Shown: positions 8,179 to 17,691 of the stretch, piece by piece
How positions within the stretch are numbered: the stretch's first letter is position 1
How the letters are laid out: every line of letters begins with the position of its first letter
Source: a virus
Lineage: Duplodnaviria; Caudoviricetes
Direction: 5' to 3' (one strand)
IMG/VR virus record: IMGVR_UViG_3300038393_002467
Coordinates: 1 to 59,719 of that record
Length of the DNA: 59,719 nt
The notes under the pieces: generated by a model
Databases searched by the model: none
What the model saw: only the letters and a program-made list of their open reading frames with translations
What the model was told of the DNA's origin: nothing
Position numbers and translations under genes: made by a program

Positions 8179-8537
8179 TGGGTTGGGAGGACGAGGTCCT
8201 CGACGGCGTGGCCCGGACCGCCTCGAAGACGAGGAGGTCCGGGCCCGCTTCGGACTGGACCGGCTACCTGCTGCGGCTGCACCCCGACCTGCTCGCAGCA
8301 CTGAACGAGATCGCACAGAACCGGGGCGTCAGCGTGCAGACCTACCTGCGGCGGCTCATCGCCATGAGCATCGCCAAGGAGAAGGGTCAGCGGCTGCTGA
8401 AGTGGCTCGCCCTCGTGCCGCCAGCATCGCCCTACGGCACGGACCAGACCGCCTCTTTCAGAGCCCGGCCCCCGGAGCGCGGACAGGGGATGCACGGAAT
8501 GTGCACACACCCCGGCTGCGATGAGGTCCACACATAG
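8178..8537 (+). CDS. RHH-type DNA-binding protein with C-terminal Cys/His motif
   Basis: YLLRLHPDLLAALNEIAQNRGVSVQTYLRRLI; ends CTHPGC...H. Confidence 0.55.
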   Translation: MGWEDEVLDGVARTASKTRRSGPASDWTGYLLRLHPDLLAALNEIAQNRGVSVQTYLRRLIAMSIAKEKGQRLLKWLALVPPASPYGTDQTASFRARPPERGQGMHGMCTHPGCDEVHT

Positions 8538-8606
8538 GTCAGAAGCCCTACTCTGGGCACACCGGACACAGGATGCCCGGCAGCCCACGAGTAGAGAGAG
8601 ACCGAC

Positions 8607-9707
8607 ATGACCGAGTACCTCACCATCGAGCAGCCCACGCCTCCCGCGCGCAAGTTCGGCCTCTTCTCCGTGGCCGAGGTCGTCAACGCCAGCGACCACG
8701 AACTGATGGGCATCCAGTACGTCAGCGACAACTGCGACTTCGCCGTCACCGCCACCAGCGACGCCGTCTGCGTCGGCACCCCGGTGGCCCGCACCGCGAC
8801 CTCGACGGAGCGCGGCCTCGTGCAGGCCGTCGGCTTCCCCGTCTACGCCATGGTCGAGTGCAAGGGCGTCAACGAGTTCGGCCGCGCCCAGCAGCGGGCC
8901 ATCAGCATCATGAACTCCGGCGTCGAGCGCGCCATCGAACTGCAGGTCGGAGCCCTGCTGGCCGCCGCCGCCGACGACATCACGCCCGGCACGACCCCGC
9001 CCGCCAAGACCGGCGTCGCCGTCATCGAGGACGCCCTCGACAGCGGCTACCGCGGCGTCGGCACGATGCTGACCTCCCGGTTCGGGCTGTCCATCCTGTC
9101 CTCGCTCGGCTTCGTCGTCGGCCCCAAGGGCCAGCACTTGGAGTCCTCGCTCGGCACCCCCGTCGGCGGCGGGCACAACATCGCCATCGGCCCCGGCGGC
9201 GACGTCCCGGCCGCGAACGCCGAGGCGTGGCTCTACGGCGTCGGCCAGATCACGGTCCGGCTCGGCAAGCAGTTCGCCTCCGAGCCGGTCTTCGTTGGGG
9301 CCGCCGACACCAACGAGGTGCAGAGCCTGACGATCACCGGCTCCCCGACCGGCGGCACGTACACGCTGACCTTCGACGGGCAGACGACCGCGGCCATCGC
9401 CTACAACGCCAACGCCGCCGCCATCCAGAGCGCGCTGCTGGCGCTGTCCAACATCGACGCGGGCGACGTCACCGTCACCGGCACCGGCCCGTTCACCATC
9501 ACCTTCGGCGGCCAGTACGCGGGCGACCCGGTCAGCCAGATCACCGCGACCTCCTCGCTCACCGGCGGCACCGCGCCGGCCGTCACGACCGGCACGACGA
9601 CGCAGGGCTCGGACAACTTCGGCACCAACCTCTACCGGGTCATGGTGCAGCGGCTCGTCGTCGTCGACTGGGACTGCATCGCCGTGGCGACGAAGTTCAC
9701 CGTCTGA
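8607..9707 (+). CDS. Putative capsid pentamer/second capsid protein with an inserted beta-rich domain
   Basis: N-terminal PPARKFGLFSVA, GFPVYAMVEC and C-terminal TN..VMVQRLVVVDWDC resemble cluster-B-type pentamer proteins; NEVQ...PTGGTYTLTF insert. Confidence 0.55.
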   Translation: MTEYLTIEQPTPPARKFGLFSVAEVVNASDHELMGIQYVSDNCDFAVTATSDAVCVGTPVARTATSTERGLVQAVGFPVYAMVECKGVNEFGRAQQRAISIMNSGVERAIELQVGALLAAAADDITPGTTPPAKTGVAVIEDALDSGYRGVGTMLTSRFGLSILSSLGFVVGPKGQHLESSLGTPVGGGHNIAIGPGGDVPAANAEAWLYGVGQITVRLGKQFASEPVFVGAADTNEVQSLTITGSPTGGTYTLTFDGQTTAAIAYNANAAAIQSALLALSNIDAGDVTVTGTGPFTITFGGQYAGDPVSQITATSSLTGGTAPAVTTGTTTQGSDNFGTNLYRVMVQRLVVVDWDCIAVATKFTV

Positions 9708-9763
9708 CCGGTCTCCCCGCAAGGGCATGGAGGGGGGAAGGATTATGGGTCACACTAGTGAGC

Positions 9764-9907
9764 ATGAAGGCCCGCTGGAGAATGCAGTGCGAGTGCTGCA
9801 AGTCGCCGATCATCGTCGGCGACCAGTTCTCGATGCATGCCGGTCGTCCGTGGATCACCAAGCACCTGCTGGAGTACCAGTCGCGCAGGCGGGCCATGAA
9901 GCAGTAA
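9764..9907 (+). CDS. Small Cys-rich hypothetical protein
   Basis: MKARWRMQCECCKSPIIVGDQF; fills the intergenic gap. Confidence 0.4.
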   Translation: MKARWRMQCECCKSPIIVGDQFSMHAGRPWITKHLLEYQSRRRAMKQ

Positions 9908-9920
9908 CCGGGGGCCGCTG

Positions 9921-10226
9921 ATGGACGCCATCCTCGGAGCCATCAGCGTCAAGGACCTCGGTGTCGGCGTCCTGCTCGGCGTGGCGATTCTCATGGTCTT
10001 CAGGGGCCTGCTCGTCCCGGTTCGCTACTACGATCGAATGGAGGCGAACAAGGACGCCCAGATCGCACAGTGGCGAGAGACTGCCGACAACTACAAGGCG
10101 GCATTCGAGGAGGAGCGGCGTCAGAAGAATCTGCTCCTCTCCCGGGATGATCTGGCGATGCACACGCTGACTGAGATCAGAGCGCATGTCCGAGACAGGC
10201 TCGACGAAGGCGGTGAGGAGTCGTGA
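9921..10226 (+). CDS. Membrane protein (holin-associated, TM + coiled coil)
   Basis: LGVGVLLGVAILMVFRGLLVP TM followed by WRET coiled coil, a common actinophage lysis-cassette type. Confidence 0.6.
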   Translation: MDAILGAISVKDLGVGVLLGVAILMVFRGLLVPVRYYDRMEANKDAQIAQWRETADNYKAAFEEERRQKNLLLSRDDLAMHTLTEIRAHVRDRLDEGGEES

Positions 10227-10426
10227 GATTCACCTTCTGGGCCCGTCGACCTCCAGTGCCCGAGCAGGTACCGGATCTTGCCGTCTCGAATCGGGCGAAG
10301 CGGGACGCTTACGACGGACGGGATGTAACACTGAAGTCGATCCAGCGAACGTCCGCCATGAAGCGGCGGAACCACATCGCGGAGGACATCGGGAAGGCGT
10401 ATCTCATCCTGCACGGAAAGGCGTAG
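10223..10426 (+). CDS. Small hypothetical protein (lysis-cassette type)
   Basis: GAGGAG RBS, GTGA overlap, RRNHIAEDI motif. Confidence 0.5.
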   Translation: MRFTFWARRPPVPEQVPDLAVSNRAKRDAYDGRDVTLKSIQRTSAMKRRNHIAEDIGKAYLILHGKA

Positions 10427-10430
10427 GCGC

Positions 10431-10802
10431 ATGGATCTCGACACCCTGAGATGGATGTACCGCAGCATCGTCGTCGTCGCCGCGCTCTCGTCGTGGGCCG
10501 TGTGCGTCACCTACCACGTCCGCGCCGGTGGGCTCTGGCGGGAGTCGCAGTGGGGGCGACACATGATGAGCAGCGACGCGCTGCTCGCCACGCTGCTGAC
10601 GTTCACCATCGTCGCCTCGTTCATCCCCCGCTGGCTCGCGTACAGCATCGGCATGGCGCTGATGCTCGGCTACATCTACGTCCGGCTGGCCCGCACCCGG
10701 CTCATGCTGCGCAGCCAGAGCGAGGGCGAGGAGCGCGACGCCATGGCGGAAGCCGCACAGATGCTCAAGCAGAGCCGAGAGGAAAGAGGCACCACCGCAT
10801 GA
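10431..10802 (+). CDS. Putative holin-like membrane protein
   Basis: Three TM segments, WRESQWGRHMM motif. Confidence 0.55.
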   Translation: MDLDTLRWMYRSIVVVAALSSWAVCVTYHVRAGGLWRESQWGRHMMSSDALLATLLTFTIVASFIPRWLAYSIGMALMLGYIYVRLARTRLMLRSQSEGEERDAMAEAAQMLKQSREERGTTA

Positions 10803-11179
10803 AGGGGAAGTCGCAGCCCATCGCCCTCATCGACGGCATCATCGCCGGTCTGCTGTTCATCTTCGGCGGGATGTCGGCGACGAACCTCGGCGATCAGGCC
10901 AACCACACCGTCCTCGCCCTCGGGGTCTGGGGCAGCCTCGTCGTCACCGGCATGAAGGTCGGACTCATCGCCTACCAGCAGAGCAAGGTGACGCCGTTCG
11001 AGGACGTCGTCACCTTCCGGGACCGGGATGGAAACATCGTCACCGGTCCTCTGGCATCCGACCCGGCTCGCGCCGCACAGGCCGTCCAAGTGCTGACGAC
11101 AGCGCCCGCTGCTGACAGCAACGCACCGGTAGATGCCGCGCCGGGCGAGGATCAGTCCGAGGTCATCCTGAACCCGTAG
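10799..11179 (+). CDS. Putative holin
   Basis: MKGKSQPIALIDGIIAGLLFIFGG..., two TM segments then SKVTP motif; ATGA overlap. Confidence 0.55.
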   Translation: MKGKSQPIALIDGIIAGLLFIFGGMSATNLGDQANHTVLALGVWGSLVVTGMKVGLIAYQQSKVTPFEDVVTFRDRDGNIVTGPLASDPARAAQAVQVLTTAPAADSNAPVDAAPGEDQSEVILNP

Positions 11180-11194
11180 CCCTACCCTTGGGGC

Positions 11195-12694
11195 ATGACG
11201 ATCCCGCAGGACCAGTGGAAGCACTGGACCCCCGCCGCACAGGAGAAGGCGGTCGAGGCGCTGAAGCAGCGGTCCTCGGAGACGTGGCGACCGTTCTACT
11301 GCCCGAACCCGCACTGCGACGGCAACCACCACATCGACACCGAGAGCCCCGTCTGCGCGAAGACGGGGCGTCTCCACGTCTGGGCGGAGACCGACTCGCG
11401 GTGGCAGTGCGTCGACTGCGGTGCGGCTGGCACCCCGCGGGACCGCTGGCTGTGGCGGCACGCCCGGGAGGACCAGCGCCCGCCCGGCGGTGACTGGCTG
11501 ACGTGGTTCATCCGCGGTGGCCGTGGCGGCGGCAAGACCCGCACCGGCTCGGAGTGGACCAACCGGATGGTCCGGGTCGCACCCCGGTTCGCCCTCATCG
11601 GCCCGACCGGCACCTCGGTGCGTGACGTCATGGTCGAGGGTGAGTCCGGCATCCTCGCCACGTCCCGGCCGGAGCAGCGCCCCGCATGGGAGCCCTCGAA
11701 GCGGAAGTTGACGTGGCCCAACGGGGCCATCGCCCACACGTACTCCGGCGAGGAGCCGGACCGGCTCCGCGGTCCGCAGCACCACGCCGCGTGGATCGAC
11801 GAGCCCGCCCACATCCCGCTCATCGACGACGTCTGGTCCAACCTGCTGTTCGGGCTCCGGCTCGGCACCCGGCCCCGCATCTGCGCGACGACGACGCCGC
11901 TGCCGAGCAAGTGGGTCAAGGAGTTGATGGCCGACCCGATGACGGTCAGCGTCGCCGCGTCGACGTACGCCAACCTCGCCAACCTCGCCCCGCAGTTCGC
12001 GGCCACGATCCTGCGCCGCTACGAGGGCACCCGCAAGGGTAAGCAGGAGATCTACGGCGAGGTGCTCGCCGACGTCGAGGGCGCGCTGTGGTCCTTCGAG
12101 GACATCGAGCGGCACCGCATCCTCGACCCCCAGTTCGCCCCGCTGCACTACGACCGGATCGTCGTCGCCATCGACCCGGCGGGCTCGATCAAGCGCAAGG
12201 CCGACGAGACCGGCCTCGTCGTCGTCGCCGTCTCCGGCACCGACTACTACGTCCTCGAAGATGCCAGCGGGAAGTACAGCCCGAATGCATGGGCCACCCG
12301 CGCGGTGAATCTCATGGAGAAGTGGTCAGCGGACTGCCTGATCGTTGAACGCAACTATGGCGGCGACATGGTTAGGACGACGCTGGAGAACGCGGACCAG
12401 CAGGCGCGCATCGTCGAGGTCACTTCCCGGCGCGGCAAGGTCATCCGTGCAGACCCGGTCGTGGCACTCTACGAACGAGGGCTTGTTCACCATGTCGGTG
12501 CCGAGTTGAGCGATCTGGAAGACCAGTTGCTCGGCTGGGTCCCCGGCACCGATTCACCCGACCGCCTCGATGCTCTGGTCCACGGCATCACGGATCTGGC
12601 AAAGATCGTCGAACCTGCAGCAGTCGCGGACCCGCGGTCGCTGCGCAACCAGCAGTTCCAGTCTCCCTTCCGTCACCTGAGGTCTGTTTCATGA
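11195..12694 (+). CDS. terL: Terminase large subunit
   Basis: Walker A GGRGGGKT, Walker B WIDE, LRGPQ, TTTP coupling motif, nuclease AIDPA and SPDRLDA. Confidence 0.95.
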   Translation: MTIPQDQWKHWTPAAQEKAVEALKQRSSETWRPFYCPNPHCDGNHHIDTESPVCAKTGRLHVWAETDSRWQCVDCGAAGTPRDRWLWRHAREDQRPPGGDWLTWFIRGGRGGGKTRTGSEWTNRMVRVAPRFALIGPTGTSVRDVMVEGESGILATSRPEQRPAWEPSKRKLTWPNGAIAHTYSGEEPDRLRGPQHHAAWIDEPAHIPLIDDVWSNLLFGLRLGTRPRICATTTPLPSKWVKELMADPMTVSVAASTYANLANLAPQFAATILRRYEGTRKGKQEIYGEVLADVEGALWSFEDIERHRILDPQFAPLHYDRIVVAIDPAGSIKRKADETGLVVVAVSGTDYYVLEDASGKYSPNAWATRAVNLMEKWSADCLIVERNYGGDMVRTTLENADQQARIVEVTSRRGKVIRADPVVALYERGLVHHVGAELSDLEDQLLGWVPGTDSPDRLDALVHGITDLAKIVEPAAVADPRSLRNQQFQSPFRHLRSVS

Positions 12695-13011
12695 ACCCGG
12701 AGTTCCTCCACGTTGTTGCCGCACTCGTCGGCATCGTCTCCGCTGCCCGCCTGACGCGACTTCTCGTCAACGACTCGTTTCCGCCGCTCGTCTGGGCGCG
12801 CATGAAGTGGGACGACCTGACAGCGGATGACGGCAAGGATGGGAAATGGACCGCACTTCTTCACTGTCCTTGGTGCGCCGCACCCTACATCTCCGCCATC
12901 ATTCTTGCGTGGGCGGTGCTGTCACACCTCCACTGGACGTGGTGGATCTTCAACGGCTGGATGGCCGGATCGTACGCAGCATCATGGATCGTCTTCCACG
13001 ACGAGGACTGA
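12691..13011 (+). CDS. DUF1360-like membrane protein
   Basis: RLTRLLVND and LLHCPWC motifs with TM segments, between TerL and portal. Confidence 0.65.
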   Translation: MNPEFLHVVAALVGIVSAARLTRLLVNDSFPPLVWARMKWDDLTADDGKDGKWTALLHCPWCAAPYISAIILAWAVLSHLHWTWWIFNGWMAGSYAASWIVFHDED

Positions 13012-13021
13012 GAGGTAGCAG

Positions 13022-14785
13022 ATGCCCCGAGTGACGACCGAGGTGGCGGAGACGCCGCTCAGCATGGTCGCGTCCGCCGCGCGGATGACGGGCACCTCCG
13101 TCACCAACCCCCGGCCCAAGCAGTCGTGGCAGAAGGAGGCGTGGCACTTCTACGACACGTGCGGGGAACTGCGCTACGCCGCCAACTGGATGGGCAACGT
13201 CCTGTCCCGCGCGACACTGCGGGCCGTGCAGGTCGATGTCGTCGGCGGCGAGGAGCGCGAGGTCACCAGCGGCCCCGCGTTCGAGGCGCTGGAGGAACTG
13301 TGCAACGGCCGCGAGGGACAGGCCGCCATGCTCAAGAGCATCGGCATCCACTTCTTCGTCGCCGGGGAGTGCTACCTCATCGGCCGCAGCCCCGACCCGA
13401 AGCACGACGAGATGGTCGACGCGGAGGAGACCCTCTGGGAGGTGGCCTCCACCGAGGAGGTCACCCAGAATGGCAAGCAGTGGCAGGTCGACTACCACGA
13501 CGGCACCGGCGCGATCCCCCTCGGCGAGGACGACGTCGTCATCCGGCTGTGGATGCCGCACCCGCGCCGCCACAAGATGGCCGACTCCCCGGTCCGCGCC
13601 CAGTTGGCGAACCTGCGCGAACTGGAACTGCTGTCCCGGCACGTCGCCGCGCAGGCCCGCTCCCGGCTCGCCGGTAACGGCGTCCTCTTCCTGCCCAGCA
13701 GCATCCAGTTCCCCACCCCGCCGAACCCGCCGGAGGGCGTCACCGACTCCGCGTCGCTGTTCCAGTGGCTCCTCATGAACGCGATGATGGAGTCCGTCGA
13801 GGACCCGTCCGACCCGGCCGCCCTCGTGCCGATCATCGTCACGGCCGACGGCGAGTCCATCGCCAACATCGAGCACAAGACGTTCTGGTCCGAGTACGAC
13901 GCCAAGATCAGCGAACTGCGCAGCGAGGCCATCCGGCGGCTCGCGCTCGGCCTCGACATCCCCGCCGAGGTGATGCTCGGCACCGCCGACATGAACCACT
14001 GGTCGGCGTGGCAGGTCGAGGAGTCCTCGATCAAGGTGTCCGTCGAGCCGATGCTCGCCTCCATTGCCCGCAGCCTCACCACCGGCTACCTGCGCCCTGT
14101 CACCGACAACACCAAGGACGCCATCGCCTTCGACACCTCGAAGTTGCGGATGCGCCCGAACCGGTCCCGGGAGGCCATCGAGTTGTCCGACCGGCTCGCG
14201 CTGTCCAACGCCGCGCTGCGCCGCGAGACCGGCTTCGACGAGTCCGACGCGCCCGAGCCCGACGAGTTGAAGCACATGCTGCTGATGCGGATCGCGGGCG
14301 GCTCGGCCACCCCCGAGCAGGTGGCGCAGGCGCTCAACGCGCTCGGCATCAGCGAGGTCACCGGCGAGGGCGAGACGACCCGCCAGTCCCGGCCCTCGCC
14401 GTCGCTGCAGGACCACCCGAGCCGGGACATCCCCGAGCCGCAGGCCGCCGCCGCGTCGCTGCTCGACAAGAGCGAGGTGCTCGTCTTCCGGGCGCTGGAA
14501 CGGGCGGGCAACCGGCTCCGGTCGCTGAAGCAGACCCGGCCGCCGTGCGCCGCCGCCGACACGTACATGTTCGTCAAGACCGACGTCGGCGAACTCGACA
14601 AGGTCCTCGACGACGCGTGGACCTGTCTCGACCGGGTCATCCCGCAGGTGCCGGACTTCCACCGCAAGACCATCGCCAGTGCGCTCGACACGTACTGCCG
14701 CCACCTGCTGCTGCAGCAGGTGCAGTACGACCGGACCGAGTTGCAGCACTACCTGACGACCGTGCCGATGAGGGAGATCGCGTGA
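13022..14785 (+). CDS. Portal protein
   Basis: 587 aa after TerL; WQKEAWHFYDTCGELRY and AIRRLALGLDIPAEVMLG...NHWSAW typical of cluster-B-like portals. Confidence 0.85.
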   Translation: MPRVTTEVAETPLSMVASAARMTGTSVTNPRPKQSWQKEAWHFYDTCGELRYAANWMGNVLSRATLRAVQVDVVGGEEREVTSGPAFEALEELCNGREGQAAMLKSIGIHFFVAGECYLIGRSPDPKHDEMVDAEETLWEVASTEEVTQNGKQWQVDYHDGTGAIPLGEDDVVIRLWMPHPRRHKMADSPVRAQLANLRELELLSRHVAAQARSRLAGNGVLFLPSSIQFPTPPNPPEGVTDSASLFQWLLMNAMMESVEDPSDPAALVPIIVTADGESIANIEHKTFWSEYDAKISELRSEAIRRLALGLDIPAEVMLGTADMNHWSAWQVEESSIKVSVEPMLASIARSLTTGYLRPVTDNTKDAIAFDTSKLRMRPNRSREAIELSDRLALSNAALRRETGFDESDAPEPDELKHMLLMRIAGGSATPEQVAQALNALGISEVTGEGETTRQSRPSPSLQDHPSRDIPEPQAAAASLLDKSEVLVFRALERAGNRLRSLKQTRPPCAAADTYMFVKTDVGELDKVLDDAWTCLDRVIPQVPDFHRKTIASALDTYCRHLLLQQVQYDRTELQHYLTTVPMREIA

Positions 14786-17691
14786 ACTTCACGGCCAGCC
14801 GCGAGGAGTTCGCCGACGCACAGGACAAGGTGCAGGCCAAGGACGAGACGTACCTGATCGGCTCGGCCCGTGCGGCGCTGCGCAACGTCGGCAAGAAGGG
14901 CTGGTACAACGCCCTGCTCAAGCGGGTCGAGCAGGTGGCTCGGACCGCGTACCGGCGCGAGTCTGGGCACGTGTCCTCCGACACCCTGCGGGCCCGGCTC
15001 AAGGCCATGCACGCGGACCTGCAGACCTCCCTCGACAAGACGACCAAGCCGGAGCGCAAGGACATCGAGGCCCGCGCCAAGGCGCTGGCCGCCTCGCTGG
15101 CCGCCTTCGCCAACGCCCTCGGGGTCGAGGCCGCCGGTCAGGACGACGAGGACGAGGTCGGGCTGGAGTGGGTCACCATGCACGACGAGCGGGTCCGGGA
15201 GGCGCACGCCGCCGCCGACGGTCAGGTCCGCCGCCCCGGCGAGAAGTACGAGGTCGGCGGGGTAGAGATGTCCCGACCCGGCGACGTCACCGCCCCCATC
15301 GAGTTGTGGATCAACTGCCGCTGCGCGCTGCGCCCGACCCGGCTGGAACCGGCGGCCATCGCCGCTGCCGCCGCCGAGTACGAGGCGCAGGGCATCGGCG
15401 TCTTCCTGCTCCCGGCCGACGGCGACCCGATCCTCGACATCTCCACGGAGAACCCGCCGCACGTGACCGTCGCCTTCATGGGCATGACCGGCGAGCAGGA
15501 CGTCGACGTCGAGGCGCTGCGCGCGGCCGTCGACCTGACCGCCGCCGAGTTCGGGCCGGTCGAGGTCGAGGTGAAGGGCCGGGACGAACTCGGGCAGGAG
15601 GGCGCGGACGTCGCCTTCCTCGACCGGGACCAGATGCTCGACCTGCGGCAGTCGCTGGTCGAGAACGACGTCATCGCCGAGGCGATGGCGCAGGTGGAGC
15701 AGTACCCGGAATGGCTGCCGCACCTGACGCTCGGGTACCCCGAGACGCCCGCGAACGACGGCGACCTGCCGTCGACCATCCGGCTGGACCGGCTGGCGCT
15801 GTTCGTGGGGAAGGACCACTACGAGTACCCCTTGGGAGGGGAGATGGCTGACACGACCGACGCCGTCGAGCAGGAGGTTGCCGCGGACGACCTGCTCGAC
15901 GAGGAGATCGACGACATCGGCGAGATCGACGACGCCGAGACCGTCATGTGGCACGGTGCCCTCGCCCCCGAGGGGGTCGCCACCGGCGACGGGCGCAAGT
16001 TCGCGCTGAACTCGATGCGCTGGCGGGATCTGCCGCTGCCGCTGGCGTGGCAGAAGGTCAACGAGCCCGGGCACGACGGCTCGGTCGTGGTGGCCCGGAT
16101 CGACCGGGTGTGGCGCGACGAGAACAGCGTGCTGCAGGGCGAGGGCACCTTCGCCATGAGCGCCGAGGCCGACGAGGTCATCGGGCTCATCGCCGACGGG
16201 CACCTGCGCGGGGTGTCCGTCGACGTCGACGATGCGACGATGTCCTTCGAGGACGAGGACGGCAACGAGGTCACCTTCGACTCGGTCATCGACCCGGAGA
16301 CCAAGATCACGCAGGTGCTCACCGACGGCCGGGTCTGCGGGGCGACGATCTGCGCCATCCCGGCGTTCGCCGAGGCGTTCGTCGCGCTCGGCCCGCACCC
16401 GAACCCGCCGCAGGCCGAGGGCATGCTCGCGGCCAGCGGTGAGGAGGAGGAGTTCCGGGACATCTCCGCCGAGGAGCGGGACAAGATGGCGAAGGACGGC
16501 CGGGCCCTGCCGGACGGCTCGTTCCCCATCGACACCGTCGAGGACCTGCGCAACGCGATCTCCTCGGTGGGCCGGGCCAAGGACCCCGCCAAGGCCAAGG
16601 CGCACATCAAGAAGCGGGCCCGGGCGCTCGGCGAGGAGGGCCTGATCCCCGACGGGTGGGCGGCCGTCGCCGAGACGTTCGTCAAGACCGAGGACGGCCC
16701 CGGCTGGCTCACCCACCCGGTCGACACGGAGCGGCTGCGCCGGTACTGGACCAAGGGCAAGGGCGCGGCGAAGATCCGCTGGGGCGTGCCCGGCGACTTC
16801 AACCGCTGCCGGGCCCAGTTGGCGAAGTACATCAAGCCGCAGTACCTGTCCGGCTACTGCGCCAACCGGCACTACGACGCGCTCGGCTTCTGGCCGGGCC
16901 GCCCGGTGTCGGCCGAGACGCAGCCGTTCGGCGGGGAGCCGTTCGCGCTGGTCGCCTCCGCGTCCGGCAACGTCATGCCCGCCGAGTGGTTCGCCGACCC
17001 GCGGCTGCCCGGCCCGACCCGGCTGACGATCACCGACGAGGGGCAGGTCTACGGCCACCTCGCCGAGTGGGACGTGTGCCACATCGGGATCGCCAACGCG
17101 TGCACCACCGCCCCGTCGTCGCTGTCGAACTACCTGTACTTCGCCACCGGCGTCATCGACACGACCGGCGGCGCGATGCCGGTCGGCACCCTGACGATGT
17201 CGTGCGGGCACGCCGGGCCGAACGCCTCGGCCAAGGTGGCGGCGGCGCACTACGACAACATCGGCACCGCCTTCGCCTACGTCACGATGGGCGAGGACGA
17301 GCACGGCATCTGGTTCTCCGGCGGGCTCGTGCCGGGGCTGACCGACGAGCAGGTCGACGCGGTCCGCGCGGCAGGCTCGGTGTCCGGGGACTGGCGGCGC
17401 ATCGGCGAGGGCCTCGAACTCGTCGCGGCGCTGATCGTCAACGTGCCCGGCTTCCCGATCACCCCGACCCAGATCGCGGCCAGCGGCGGCCACCAGACGG
17501 CGCTCGTCGCCAGCGGCATCGTCCTCGACAGCGCCCCGAAGCAGACGCTGAAGGAGATCGTCGCCTCCGCCGTCGCCGAGCACCTCGCCGAGGTCGAGGC
17601 CCGGCAGCGGATGGCGCGGCTGCGCAAGGAGTTGGGCCGTGACCCGCTGTCGCGGATCGAGCGGATCAAGTCCGGGCGGGGGTCGGCATGA
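14782..17691 (+). CDS. MuF-like head protein + 2H phosphoesterase + capsid maturation protease polyprotein (969 aa)
   Basis: GTGA overlap with portal; MuF motif WVTMHDERVREAH...INCRC; HVT and HLT 2H motifs; protease-like EG..TGDGR, HDGSVVVARI, GVSVDVD, GATICAIPAF. Confidence 0.8.
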   Translation: MNFTASREEFADAQDKVQAKDETYLIGSARAALRNVGKKGWYNALLKRVEQVARTAYRRESGHVSSDTLRARLKAMHADLQTSLDKTTKPERKDIEARAKALAASLAAFANALGVEAAGQDDEDEVGLEWVTMHDERVREAHAAADGQVRRPGEKYEVGGVEMSRPGDVTAPIELWINCRCALRPTRLEPAAIAAAAAEYEAQGIGVFLLPADGDPILDISTENPPHVTVAFMGMTGEQDVDVEALRAAVDLTAAEFGPVEVEVKGRDELGQEGADVAFLDRDQMLDLRQSLVENDVIAEAMAQVEQYPEWLPHLTLGYPETPANDGDLPSTIRLDRLALFVGKDHYEYPLGGEMADTTDAVEQEVAADDLLDEEIDDIGEIDDAETVMWHGALAPEGVATGDGRKFALNSMRWRDLPLPLAWQKVNEPGHDGSVVVARIDRVWRDENSVLQGEGTFAMSAEADEVIGLIADGHLRGVSVDVDDATMSFEDEDGNEVTFDSVIDPETKITQVLTDGRVCGATICAIPAFAEAFVALGPHPNPPQAEGMLAASGEEEEFRDISAEERDKMAKDGRALPDGSFPIDTVEDLRNAISSVGRAKDPAKAKAHIKKRARALGEEGLIPDGWAAVAETFVKTEDGPGWLTHPVDTERLRRYWTKGKGAAKIRWGVPGDFNRCRAQLAKYIKPQYLSGYCANRHYDALGFWPGRPVSAETQPFGGEPFALVASASGNVMPAEWFADPRLPGPTRLTITDEGQVYGHLAEWDVCHIGIANACTTAPSSLSNYLYFATGVIDTTGGAMPVGTLTMSCGHAGPNASAKVAAAHYDNIGTAFAYVTMGEDEHGIWFSGGLVPGLTDEQVDAVRAAGSVSGDWRRIGEGLELVAALIVNVPGFPITPTQIAASGGHQTALVASGIVLDSAPKQTLKEIVASAVAEHLAEVEARQRMARLRKELGRDPLSRIERIKSGRGSA

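Noticed and set aside
12260-13020. AT-richer codon patch in the 3' part of terL as an intron or intein
   Set aside because: The frame is continuous, nuclease motifs are normally spaced, and there are no splice or intein motifs; at most a recombined segment
13765-14781. 1308-aa version of the MuF/protease ORF starting at 13765
   Set aside because: The first 339 codons overlap the portal in another frame and are Arg/Pro-rich noise; GTG 14782 has an RBS and a GTGA overlap
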